Assembly: GCA_050084515.1 (NCBI GenBank)
Contig: CM114271.1
Coordinates: forward strand, 9,176,001 to 9,240,000
Reading direction: 5' to 3'
DNA length: 64,000 nt
From: Blasia pusilla
Lineage: Eukaryota
Position numbers and translations under genes: made by a program
The notes under the pieces: generated by a model
Database searches by the model: none
What the model saw: only the letters and a program-made list of their open reading frames with translations
Told to the model about the DNA's origin: nothing
Shown here: in pieces, positions 24,956 to 37,310 of the stretch
Layout: each line of letters starts with the position of its first letter
How positions within the stretch are numbered: the first letter of the stretch is position 1

Positions 24956-27900
24956 TCAAAGTGGTTTGTTTAAAATACTTCGCACTTTTTTTAGGGACAG
25001 AATTGGTTGGTGGATTCCTACTCCTACCTCCGACTCTCTTAAAACTACCAGCAACACATAGTACATGTGCTTACAAGGGAAATACCTTTTGCCACTTGTC
25101 TCTCTTTGGACAAAGTCATCACATGAACATGTGGGAAAGCAACAAATGTGCACCACATACACCCCTGTGACACTTGAATTTACAGTGTTGTTCCTGACCC
25201 AATACATCCTTCCTATTCCATTGCCACTCAAGACATCTTTTGTGGCGATGATCTCCATTTTTGCTTCCCGAGCTGATGCAATTCGCTTTGCTCTCTCCAC
25301 CGTTGGCCTGCACATTCTGTTTCTCTTCACCCCATTTCTAGACTCAAACAGAAATAGTGGATTGAGATCATCCACCTTCTCCGGGTATATGTTGACATCA
25401 ATCTTGGGTTGAATACGAAATGCGAAGGTCTCTGTAATTCGAACATGCTCCGAACTTCCCCCGTCTACGAGTCTGAAACCGACACTTGTAAGATTTTCCA
25501 CTTCGTCTTGAGTGTAGTTCGTGCCTGCGGCGATGGGCCAAATCGTGGGGATATTCCTGGGAGCTCTAATGGCAGCCGGATAAGACTTCCGGAAAGCGCA
25601 AGATTCATTTGGGCAGAAGAAGTACTTCAATTGATCCCCGGTCCTCGTGAAACGATCAAAGGTTTTGAGTCCCCAAAACCCAGGCAGAGGTCGCCCGTCC
25701 TTATGTACAGTTCTTATTTAGGAAAGTGCCGCATGCTCTCCTAATGCCATCAGATCCTGCCCTGCAGGTGGGTCCACGTCCTGGGTTGCTCCGAGATATA
25801 TGCCACTGTTTTAGGTTGCAATCCACCTCCATTACCGGAATCCCATATTGTTGAACCACCCCAGTGACAGGATGTTGCGAACTTCCAGCAACGGAGGGCT
25901 TTTGAAATAAAACATTCACTGATATTGGAGAAGTTACTCCATCACGGATTTGGAAGCAATCCGAGGTCCGCGAATACTTGGGCGGCATAATTTCTTCATC
26001 CAAATCAATCACTGGATTCATTCCTTGATGATGCCTCTTCACTTGCCTGAAGTCAAGATACTTATCTGGTCTCCACGAGTCTCGCTCGGACTGCTCTACC
26101 ACCATCTGTATGGGACGTCTTGAAATCCGCCCACGAATATCCCCACGAATGTGTACGTCTTGCTCGAGTGGAGTTCCAGCTACGCACCGGTTGAAGGCTT
26201 CGACATACAATTTTTCATCACCAGATCTCACGGCCATACGACATAGAGCTCGTAGATCGACGGCCCTTTTCCTTTTGTTATGCCTTTTGTGAGAAAGATA
26301 TGGGATGCTGCAGGCTGTAACATTGCTCTTGCCTGGTCTTGTTGGCATGCCTCCATTAGTGAAATTCGTTGGCATGCTTGTGACGACCTCCAAGAGGAAT
26401 GAACACTTTCTGCTACACTTGTGTTGGGGCAGAGGGCATTTTCATGAACGTTCAATCCCTGCAACGACGACAATGTTAGAAGGGAACAAAAATAACCCAG
26501 GAGTCAAAGAAATAAGCGACCTGTCGGAACCAGATGGGTTGCACGCCCGAGGCATCCCATGAACGACTCTGCGACCCGTCGGGTCCCGACGTGTTGTAAC
26601 CTTAAACCCACCTACTGCAACCCGTCGGAACCCGACGGGTTGCAAGGCCGAGGCATCCCATGAACGACTCTGTGACCCATCGGGTCCCGACGGGTTGCAC
26701 ACTTGGGTTGCACCAAACATCTGGATGCAACCCGTCGGTTTCCGTCGGGTTGCACCCTTGGGCAACCCGTCGGTTTCCCTCGGGTTGCACACTCGGGCAA
26801 CCCGTCGGTTTCCGCCGCGTTGCACACTCGGGAAACCCGTCGCATCCGGCAGCTTGCTTGGTTTCTTGGGTTTGAAATCCATATAGTTCCCACGCTTCTC
26901 ACCCTGAGCTACAACTTTACAAACAATTCTCAGCGTGAGCTTGACAAGACAAAATAGTGAACTCACTTGCCACATGAAGTTTCCCCATTGTCTCATACGT
27001 ACAGTCCACCACCTCAACCAAGAGCACAACTCTTTGTACTTCCCCTCAATCGCATGCTTCCTCCACCACCCATGAAGTTCTTCCTGGCATTCCATGGCTT
27101 TGCTTCAAGGTTTCTTTGTCCTTGCAGCGTTGGAGTAGAGTGACATGCTCTGTCCTCTTATTCTCCTTGATGCAAGATTTGGTGTACCGGGTCACGGACT
27201 GTTGCCAATGGAAAGCATCCAACCTTTCCCTCTTCTGTTGAACCTCTCCACCCCATAACACTTCCCGGATAGCAATCCACCCAGGTTGTGCATTGTCCGC
27301 CATGAACCCATAAATTTCCGGAGGTGGCCTTTTGTTTTCCTTCACCACCTCCAATAAGAGTAACCAAAGACATCTTCAAAGCGCCAACGTCTTCTGCCTT
27401 TACTTCACAGACAAATATAGTTTTGAGTCCCTTCTCCACATGGTCATCAAGGTGAGCACCCATCGTCAACCATCTATTCAGCACTCTGTAGCAAATATCA
27501 AAGCTTACCCAGCTGCCGTAAAGATCTTCCCCTTCCCTCATTCGATCTATAAGATTGAGGCCACTCGACGGACCTGTGGTTGACATTTTGAAGACATAGG
27601 CCCTGGATCCCTCGCCTCCTTGGCCCATGAACTGCCATCTCTGAATGAATGGAAACCTGGAGTTGGCCTTGATTCTGGCGATGGCATCCATTGCGGCCGT
27701 CTTTCCATCCAGAACTCGTATCTGACGCATCAAATTCCTGAAGCATTCAGGATCAGCGAGAAATGCGAGATTTTCCCATAGTTGTTTCTCCTCAACCGCC
27801 GTGATCTCGCCCTGTCCAGGGATTCCAAGCAATTGTTCACAAATTTGTGATGCCGTTGTGAGCTTGATCACCCCGGGCTTTGAACCGGAGAGTTTTTCAG

Positions 27901-28979
27901 AGACCTCGGCTACTTTCTTCGCCACATCCTCCTTGATGTGTCTTTGAATTGCATCGGTCACAGGATGAGTGTGGGAGCCAACATGAACTGCCAGCCTTGT
28001 ATACTCTGACGTGGAGCCCAAGTCATGGTCAATGAAAAATATGTATGCAAGACACGCTCCAACGCAGAAGGGCGATGCTTGACAATGAGGACATCGATGG
28101 CCTCCCGGCGGTATTGTGGCACCCACCTCGTATGGAGTTTCTGCATTCTTGGGGGGGAATTGCAACGTATTGACTCGCCCGTTGCGCTCTAGATACGGGC
28201 ATGCTGGACTTCTACACTCCAAGGCTCCTACGCATTGGCGGCGGGAGACAATCCAAGGACCATCTGGGATGGAAGCACTGGTCCGTTGAAGCCTGCACCA
28301 TCGATGACAATCAGACTTTCTGTCCATACCCTTCAGGCGTCCTCCATCCTTCTTTTGAGCAGGAGCAGCAAGTGGAGGCAACTCAAAAATGCAATTACCA
28401 TCGTACTTGGGCGGCAGCTCGTCGACAAGAATATGCTTGAACATTTTCAAGGGCAGAGACGAAAGCAAACTATTGCCTGATACTCGCAAGAGGAACGAGT
28501 AGGCGGACAGAGGGCCTGATTGGTGTCCGACAGATCCGCTGAGGTTGATAACATCCGGAATCTCTTCAGGAAGAACAACATTGTTACGAGTGTGCGAAGT
28601 TGGAGTCGAAGCCGGATCTGCAGAGCTTGGAGTTGCAAACGTAGAGCTCAGAGCACTAGGAAATTCTAGACCGTCTACTTGGGAAACAGATTTAATTCGT
28701 GGGCGGGCCGTAAACTCAGTATTGACCATTTGCATGTAGGAGATTCCATACTTTACGGTCTGAGGTCACTGGATGGACCGTCTCACCTATTATGTCTTCC
28801 GTACCTTCCACTCTAACATCTTTGGATACAAAGATGGTTCCAATTTGAAGAAGAAATCGAACAGACAGAAAATTTTCATCCACTGCTACGAAAGACTCAC
28901 GAGCTTGGGGTCGAATGATTTCTGGTTGAGGAAGGGCCGCCAAATGACTGCCACAAGTGAGCTTAACATAATTATCCAT
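24956..28979 (-). pseudogene. Full-length but frameshifted transposase: GCM/WRKY-like Zn domain + MULE DDE + SWIM
   Basis: Exon 1 ~28979-26967 (QCVGALECRSPACPY, CPHC, VHVGSHTHP, VSFDICY, FMADNA, DAFHW); GT-AG intron 26966-26459; exon 2 26458-24956 (PNTSVAESVH, CSCDDF...PCKHM). Confidence 0.88.
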
Positions 28980-29549
28980 TCCAAGAAGATTCCTACGGGA
29001 GGAGACTGAGAATGAGAATGAGAATATTTAATTTATAGTGAATAGGAAAAGATACTCTCGATGATTTTTCTTGACAAGATGAATTCGGTGGGGAGATTAT
29101 GCGACACAATGGATCCATTCAGAACACATTCAATTGTGTTGCAATATGTTACCGGATTTGGGAAGCAGAGGGTTGCGCATCACTTGGAACCCGTTGGAGT
29201 CCTGGTAACTCAGAAATTACCCGAAGCTTACCAAAGCCTGCAACCCGTCGGCATCGGACGGGTTGCACGCTTCTGCTAAACATTGTCGAAGCGAGCAACC
29301 CGTGGCTCTCTGGCGACTTGCTGGGATACCGCTCCTTCTTGCTCGAAGATGCGAGGCGTGCAAACCGTCTGTTCGGCGAGGCGTGCAACTGTCGCCGTCA
29401 ACGGGTTGCGCAAGGGCATCGCTTGTGGTGCGATCGGCCGGACTCGGCGACTTGCACGGGAAGCCATCGTTTCTAACCCTTGATAAGGGAAGCGCGTGCA
29501 ACAGCGATCTTGACGGATTGCCCAAAATATGTCCGTTCCGTCCCAAACA

Positions 29550-29852
29550 CGGCGGAGGCGCGCAACATGTCGGTCTCTGACGGCTTGCGCGGGTACCTCG
29601 CGTTGTTTTCCGAAGATGACGGAGGCGCTCAACCCGTCGGTCTCCGACGGGTTGCTCGCGCACGTGGCGACGTTCGGAGGATGGCGGAGGCACGCAACAT
29701 GTCGGTCTCCGACGGGTTGCGCGGGTACCTCGCGTTCTTTTCCGAAGACGACGGAGGCGCTCAACCCGTCGGGCTCCGACGGGTTGCTCGCGCACGTGGC
29801 GACGTACCCAGGATGATGGAGCCGCGCAACCTGTCAGACTCCGACGGGTTGC
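29550..29852. repeat. 132-bp tandem units, each with two palindromes, in the divergent intergenic region
   Basis: CGCAAC anchors at 29561, 29693 and 29825. The same period occurs at 44631, 44763 and 44895. Confidence 0.85.
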
Positions 29853-29912
29853 GATTTTTCACGTCCGGACTTCCGTAACATTCGGCACGTCACCGTCGAA
29901 AGGACGACGGGA

Positions 29913-29970
29913 CCCAACGGTCAACCCAACGGCTAGAAAGGTATAAATAGGGCAGAAGTCGCTCATTTCC
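29913..29970 (+). promoter_or_regulatory. Putative cargo-gene core promoter: two MSA-like elements, TATA box and Inr-like CTCATTT
   Basis: CCCAACGGTCA 29913-29923, CCCAACGGCTA 29925-29935, TATAAATA 29942-29949. Conserved in the second copy. Confidence 0.6.
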
Positions 29971-30189
29971 GGTTTCTCATTTTGCGATCCTCATTCCTCA
30001 CTCCTCACTCTCCCGTGCAGCAGCTGATCAGATACGAAGGGCATCTCACGCGGCGACACATCGCGAGTCGATAGGACGGAACGAGAGCGAGACGGTTCGA
30101 CCGAGCGATATCGGGACGATTCGAGCTAACCACCAAGGCGAGACGAGCTCCCATCTCAACATCAGCAAGGCAACTGATCAAGGGATTCG

Positions 30190-33100
30190 TCGTGGACATA
30201 GGCGGAGGCATTTCCGGCAAAAATGACGAGGAAAAAAACACAAGCCAACAAGTCCGAGAGCTTCAATCCCAAGTCCATTAGGACTCCTGCGTCAGCTTCT
30301 CCTGGGCCTCGTTCGGCGAAACTGTTTTTGGCCAAAATCAACCTGTCGGACTCCGACGGGTTGATTAGGGAAAAATAGCTTCGAGGCAAGCAACCCGTCG
30401 GACTCCGACGGGTTGCTTTGGGGCAATAACCTTCTAAACCTGCAGTCACTCGAGCAACTTGTCGGAGTCCGACGAGTTGCATTCTTAAAAAAACAACCTC
30501 ACAAGGCGGCCTATTGAGCAACCCGTCGGACTCCGACGGTTTGCTTTGGGCGAACAACTTGTTAAATCTATGTTCAATCATACAAGTCGTCAGAGTCCGA
30601 CGAGTTGCAATCTTAAAAAAACATCCGAAAAAGCGTGCGATCAAAGAACCCGCCGAGTCCGACGAGTTGCTTACCTGGCATTAGCAAATTTGAATGCAAC
30701 CTGTCGGACTCCGACGGGTTGCATCATTTAGCTTGTTGCTAGAATCCGACCCTGAGCTGTGACGACCCGTCGGAGTCTGACGGGTTGCAAGAACCCATGT
30801 AATTTCCTGACGGGTTGAGTTTGGATGTGTAGGATTGTATCGGAGGGGAATGTTACCCACCATTGGATCCAGGACTGCGATCGGGTGAGGAAGGTGCTTA
30901 CGACGCACCGAGAGAATCTGAGGGGTTCTTGGCGATGCCCTTGTCAATCAGATGCTTGCAAAGGGTGCTCGAATTAAGAAGAAAACTTGGGCAAACAAGT
31001 TTATTTCTCAAGATGCAGCCGCAACCATCATTTGCTGGTCAAAGATACAGGCCGCAAAGAAAAGCGCTGCACTGGATCTGGAGCGGAGGGAGAAGGTATC
31101 TGCGTCTGAGCGCGCCAAATTCATCAAGCTCAGATCTCTGCAACGAAATACACGGCGAGCAAGATGCAGCGATACATCTTCTCAACCCCAAACTTGGTCC
31201 GGAGTTCAACAAGGAGCTCAAGGCGATTATCAAGCGTCAACGGAAGAGGGATGAAGATCCGCATGGTCGGATTGGGGAGAAAGTGTCGCTGGATCGCGTG
31301 CATCGTTTTGCGTTATCCGGGATTAGCGAGTTCAGGAGGATACGATTGATGAAAATGCATCTCGAGGGCTCGTGAGGCCGGAAGAGGGGCACACCATCCT
31401 CCGGGTGTGTCCGATCCGATGATCTCGCATTAGCTCGCGAATGGTCATTCGGGGACGCGTTGCGGGTAATCGGGAAGTCACCGACGGTCCGATGCAAGCG
31501 GAGCTCGGAAGATTAGAGCCCATTCGCCGGAAGCAAACTTTGAAAGTTCTGGAGATTACGAGGTTTGGCTCGACGACATCCGGGACAAGCCAACCAAGAA
31601 CCCTGGATTCAAGACCATGTTCAAGGTTTGCATCCTCCCTCAGGCAAAGCTTGACGAAGAAGTAGAGGGTAACAAACGGGATCAAGCGAAGAAGAAGCGA
31701 GATCTACAGGAGCAGACGGCCGATAATGTTCGACTAAAAGCTGCCCAACGGATGGTATTCAGGTACCTTGTCCAGTGTAAGAATGCAGTGTACGTGGGGA
31801 AAATTGCCGATGAGCCTTGAAATTGTGGGCCGCCGCCGGATGCGAGAGACATTCTCCATGTACGACGTGGAGATGGGTCGACATGTCGGATTGGGAGGTG
31901 GAGAATTGCCCCATTTGGCTCGACTTCAACGACCCTGAAGACATCGTGGATAAGGACTTAGGAGTGCTTCATGATGCAGTGGCCTCAGGACAAGACGACA
32001 TCCCCAATTTCGTCGGCTGAACCAAGACTTCTTCGGAGGAGATGCGTAAGAGCAGCCCACAAGATAGCCGAGTTGGCTTCCAAGGTCCGCACATCCAAAG
32101 ACAAATCCACAGCGGGTCTCAAAGGCAAGGCGAGGGGAGGGAAAATTCAGAGGCCGAGTCTTCCCAAAGATAGGTGAAGATTCAAGGCCGAGGCGGAATC
32201 GTCGGCGGCGGGAGAGAGGGTCGGACCAGGTCCTTGGCAAAAACCCCACTAGAGTCGAGGTCATAGAGACCCGACAAGCCGTCCATGAGACTCGGGAGAA
32301 GCGGAAGCGAGAGGTGCCAGGGTTGTCCCAAGGAGAATACAGTCCATCATCCTTGGGAAGACACAGACAAACAACGACGCGGACAAGCGTCCTCCTTCAG
32401 TTCACTCCTTTACTAGATGAGCTTAAGAGCTACAATTCTCAAGCGTCGACACCAGCCATCGATAAATTGACAACGCTGGGATCTCCTTATCGCTGATCTG
32501 CCCTCGGGGTTGCGACTTTGGGGCGAGAATCCGTCGGACGAGGTACCTGAGTGGAATGTGCCGCTCTCTTATGACCAAATTGCGCTATTGTTCTCCTTTG
32601 CAGACGCCTATGTGAGTGACAGGGGCTGCTTCTTGGTGTTGACTGGAGGGAGCGAGGACGAGCTCTTCAACCTCTAGTGCGTCAAGAGGTCGCTAAAGTG
32701 GAGGACGGCGCAATCGTGGATCATAAAAAGCGAGTACCCACTCCGATCCGCGACGAGTCAGATTCGGGAAAGGCTCAATTCCTGTACTATAATTTCAATT
32801 ATATTTTAATGATGTGTATAATGAGTGTTCATCTCCGTTGAGTGAGTATAATGAGTGTCAATCTCTGTTTTTTTTGTCCGTGAGCAACCTGTCAGAAGGC
32901 GACGGGTTGCTGGCTTAGAGCAGCCCATGCTCGGCTGAGAGCAACCCGTCAGTTTCCGACAGGTTGCATCTTTCCCACATACACAGGGAAAACCTCGGTG
33001 TTCCTGCAACCCGTCGGGTTCTGACAAGTTGCTCTTAGGCGAGCATGGGCTGCTCTAGGCCAAAGCAACCCGTCGCCTTCCAACGGGTTGCTCGGGGACA

Positions 33101-33777
33101 AAAACAACGGAGCCCGACGGGTTGTTTTAGTCTCGACCAACCCGTCGGAAGGCGACGGGTTGGTCGGACAAAACAACCCGTTGGACTCGACAGTTGATCC
33201 AAAGTCGATGAATTGAAAATGTTCTCGACTTCTTTAGTTCTTGACATTGTTTCCAACGTCTTTGATTCTGAGATGGACCACTCCTACATTTCTTTGCCCG
33301 TTCGGCCCGAGCACAATTTCAGTGTTCAAGATCCAGGATCCTGTGGATCCATGCTCAAATGGGTACAAAGCTTAGATAGTTTGTACAATTCCCCCCCGAG
33401 AATTTACATGCAAGACAAATACCCCACTTACGGGAGGAAGGAAAAGTCGCGATCTGATGCAAACGCTCATCCGGCTCTGCTCAAGGCCGGGTGACTTGGT
33501 GTTCGACTTAGTGGGACTTTCGGGGCAAGTATCAAAGGCGCTGGCAGAGTGGCAGAACATTCTGCCTCGAGGAAGGCAGGAACTGTTTGACCTTTGCAAG
33601 GAGGCAAAGGCAGAATACGAAAGGCTTGTTGGGGCGTACAAATCTCCACCAAAGCCGAGAGCTCCGGTTCCAGACCCACCCTTGGTAGTGACTCCATGGT
33701 CACTTCCAACGATTCCAAAAATTGGGAGGGCAAGGCCGAAAGTAATTTTGCAAGAGCTCTCGGACGATGACGAGTGA
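30190..33777 (+). pseudogene. ParB/amino-MTase-like cargo gene, copy D; ParB exon deleted, indel-rich
   Basis: The 5' part matches 45276 onward until ~30320, then jumps into intron palindromes. Intact acceptor GTGTAG|G at 30832/30833. Last exon 33273-33777. Confidence 0.75.
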
Positions 33778-36700
33778 GTTCAAAGAACTCAATGACCCAG
33801 CTTGAGTGCAGCGTTTGGAGTAGGGAGTTTTTTGATGATGAGGCAAAAGATTTCATAGAATAGATCAAATGTACAGTTCCGAGCTTTTTTCGGATGATAT
33901 AAAGGAGATGATTTTTTTTGAACGATGGTGGTGCTTGTAAAAGTTTGCTAAACATTTTTTTTCTTTTTGAATGTGATCGTCTATGAACTCCGCGGACTTC
34001 TATTTTGCAAACCGTCGGATTTCTCCTGCTTGCAAGTTTTCACTTTTTGACGACAGCACCTTTTTACCACTTCCAGGCAACCTGTCGGATTCCGACAAGT
34101 TGCCTGATCGGACTCTTTCCCTGTTGGTCCAACTTAAGAGGTAGTCTGGCGGGCTTCTTCCCTTGGCACCTTCCCCTCAACTCGTAAAGGTAGGCGTAGG
34201 CTTCTTTTCTTCTCTCAGACGTGTTGGATTCCTACTACCTGTGCGATTGCCATAATGGTATTACCGGGGACAATGCACATATTGATACTGGATGGGTGTC
34301 ACATTGCAGAGCGTACAAGATATACTGCCGAGGAAGGCGGTGGGACTCGAATCTGGTAACATGGGACCGTTATGGTGTACCTAGGGGGGGGGCCAAGGCT
34401 CTTAAATTTGCCAACATTTTCGATCCCCGTCTACAATCGGCCAGAGGAGCGACTTGTATCCCAAGACATTCCTTTGGTACTGTCACCGAGGAGAGTTAGG
34501 AGTAAATTTGTAGATGACGAGGCTGAAGAAATCATAGACTAGGTCAAATGTACATTTCCGAGGTTCCTTCGGAGGTAATAAAGGACGAGTTTTTTCAACC
34601 CATAATGGTGTTTGTAAAAGTTTGCTCGAATATTTTTTTGGACTTGTGGATTGTGTTCTTTTAGCTACTCATAATTAAAATTCTGCAACCCGTATGATTT
34701 TGACGGGTTACAACTTTTTTCTTTTTGCCCACTGCAAATTTTTTACCATTTCCAGGCAAGTTTTCGGATTCCGACAGGTTGACTGCTTGAGTGATCGGAC
34801 TCTATCCCGGTGAGACCAACTTCTAACGCATTGTGGGGCCCTCTTAACTTTTGGCTCGTTCCCCTACATTCGCCAAACCAGTTGTAGGCTTCTTTTCTTG
34901 TCTAAGATGTGCACGATTCCTACTACCTGTCGGATTGCCATTTTGGATTCCCAACCTGTTAGATCGTCATGGGTGCAGGGTGGAAGAAAATCACTTCTAA
35001 AAATCTTTCCTTTCTTATGGTGATCTGGTGTGTTCACATTTCACAAAGTTGGTCTTGAGCAGACACCATTCATAACCAAGTTATGAATGGTTATGGGGCA
35101 ATTATGGGGCAATTTAGGAGAGGCCATGATGCAGGCAACAATCCCTGCAAAAAGAGAGGTTGGCATCCGGGTGGTCCTCCAACAAAAATACCAAGGGCAC
35201 TGCTTTTCCTTGAGCGAGACAGGGAATGTTAAGAAACTTAGGCTCACATGGAGAGTGATGGAAAAATATTTGTAGTGGTCTTATGATGTCTCCTTTTTTC
35301 TCGCCCCCAGGAAAGAGGAGGTTTTTTTAGGGCCAAATGTGGACCACTAAATACTCTCTTCTAAAGATTTCATGAATTTGAAAGCAACAAAAATTTTCAA
35401 ATATGTCAAAAAGTTTTGAAGAGAGAAGGCGGATTTGGCCCTTTTTTTTGAAGAGAGACTCTCCTCTCTTCCTCTCTTCCTCTCCTCTCTTACTCTCTCC
35501 TGCCAGAATACCAGCCCCCGTAAATTTGTAGATGACGAGGCTGAAGAAATCATAGACTAGGTCAAATGTACATTTCCGAGGTTCCTTAAGAGGTAATAAA
35601 GGAAGAGATTTTTTCAACCCATAATGGTGTTTGTAAAAGTTTGCTGGAATATTTTGTTGGACTTGTGGATTGTGTTCTTTTAGCTACTCAGAATTACAAT
35701 TCTGCAACCCGTATGATTTTGACGGGTTGCAACTTTTTTCTTTTTGCCCACTGCAACTTTTTAACCATTTCCAGGCAAGCTGTCGGATTTCGATAGGTTG
35801 ACTGCTTGAGTGATCGGACTCTTTCCCTTTGAGACCAACTTCTGACGCATTATGGCGGGCTTCTTAACTTTTGGCTCATTCCCCTACATTCGTCAAACCA
35901 GTTGTAGGCTTCTTTTCTTGTCTAAGATGTGCATGATTCCTACTACCTGTCGGATTGCCATTTCGGATTCCCAACCTGTTAGATCGTCGTGGGTGCAGGG
36001 TGGAAGAAAATCACTTCTAAAAATCTTTCCTTTCTTATGGTGAGCTTTCTTACGGGTTGGGAGGGGTGCAGCTTCTCGGTTTCTTAGCCTTAGGATCTGA
36101 TGTGTTCACATTTCACAAAGTTGGTCTTGAGCAGACACCATTCATAACCAACAGAAAGTTGGTTATGGGGCAATTTAGGGGAGGCCATGATGCAGGCAAC
36201 AATCCCTGCAAAAAGAGAGGTTGGCATCGCGGTGGTCCTCCAACAAAAATACCAAGGGCACTGCTTTTTGTTGACCGAGACAGGGAATGTTAAGAAACTT
36301 AGGCTCATATGGAGAGTGATGGAAAAATGTTTGTAGTGGTCTTATGAAATCTCCTTTTTTCTTGCCCCCAGGAAAGAGGAGGTTTTTTTAGGGCCAAATG
36401 TGGACCACTAAATACTCTCTTCTAAAGATTTCTTGAATTTGAAAGCAAATTTCAAATATGTCAAAAAGTTTTGAAGAGAGGAGGCGGATTTGGCCCTTTT
36501 TTTTTGAAGAGAGACTCTCCTCTCTTCCTCTATTCCTCTCCTCTCTTACTCTCTCCTGCCAATTACCAGCCCCCCAGCCATGGGTTACATGCGAGAGCAG
36601 TCACAATTTTTTGCACCACGAGTGCAACAACGTGGATTTCGAAAGAGTATTGTGATACCACAAGCTTAGGGAGGATACCATGACTCCGTGCCAGAGAGAC

Positions 36701-37310
36701 CTGTGCCATCATACACAGCTTAGCAACATCCACTATAGATGATTTGTTGGGCAGGTGATGGAACCCATCACCAATACGATTGCACCCGTTTGCTGAATGG
36801 TGCTCGCGATGCATCTCCCTATGCGTCCAACCCTACTATCAACTCTAACCGCCTCCTTCTACACCCTAACCCCTTCTCTCCAATCGCTATTCCTTGTCGT
36901 GGCTATGCTAACCCTGCATATGTGCTTCTTGGGCACGTTGCCCTATGGACGTGGCTCCCTAACCCTTCTCTCAGCTTCCCAGGTACACTCATACCTATCT
37001 GCCACGTACACCTATAACACTTGGTCGAGCTACTACTTCCCTTCATACTTGAGTTGAGCCCGTACGTCCCGGTTCCCGACTTCCCGACTTCCTCTATAGC
37101 CTTCCCTCGATTCAGTACCTACCAGGTACCATCGTACCTAGCCTAATATCTTGGAGTCACACGGGCCCCTACGTGATATTTTCATATAGGCTCGGCTCTC
37201 TCTCTTATGTTCACTATCTACATTCTTCTTTTGTCTTACACTTGCCCAACTTCTTCCGCCCACTCTGCCTCTTCCTTCCAACTCCGATGTTTTCTCAACA
37301 ACATGCATCG

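Larger units (their letters stand above)
24532..35519. mobile_element. Mutator-like element with both termini and 9-bp TSD GTAAATTTG
   Basis: GTAAATTTG at 24523-24531 and 35520-35528. The empty-site sequence GGAGTAAATTTGTAGATG is visible at ~34499. Contains the transposase (-) and cargo gene (+) head-to-head. Confidence 0.92.
16560..36574. mobile_element. Mutator-like element, outer copy: internally deleted at ~19785 and host to the nested copy 24532-35519
   Basis: Left terminus GAGGAGCGGTAAG at 16560 and right terminus ...ACCAGCCCCC at ~36574. The flanks do not form a TSD, so pairing these two ends is inferred. Confidence 0.65.

Noticed and set aside
29061-29880. Many short overlapping ORFs with ATRR/QPVG/NPS motifs (here and in other clusters)
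   Set aside because: These are translations of the GC-rich palindrome in six frames, not genes.
30900-33600. Dense small indels as programmed frameshifting or hypermutation
   Set aside because: The scattered 1-2-bp indels are more consistent with consensus error or ordinary decay; needs a read-level check.
34500-36574. Apparent ~1-kb tandem duplication
   Set aside because: Explained by nesting: the right end of the inner element is followed by the TSD and the right end of the host copy.
36575-37310. Unique spacer between MULE copies
   Set aside because: No motif, terminus or TSD that I can support.
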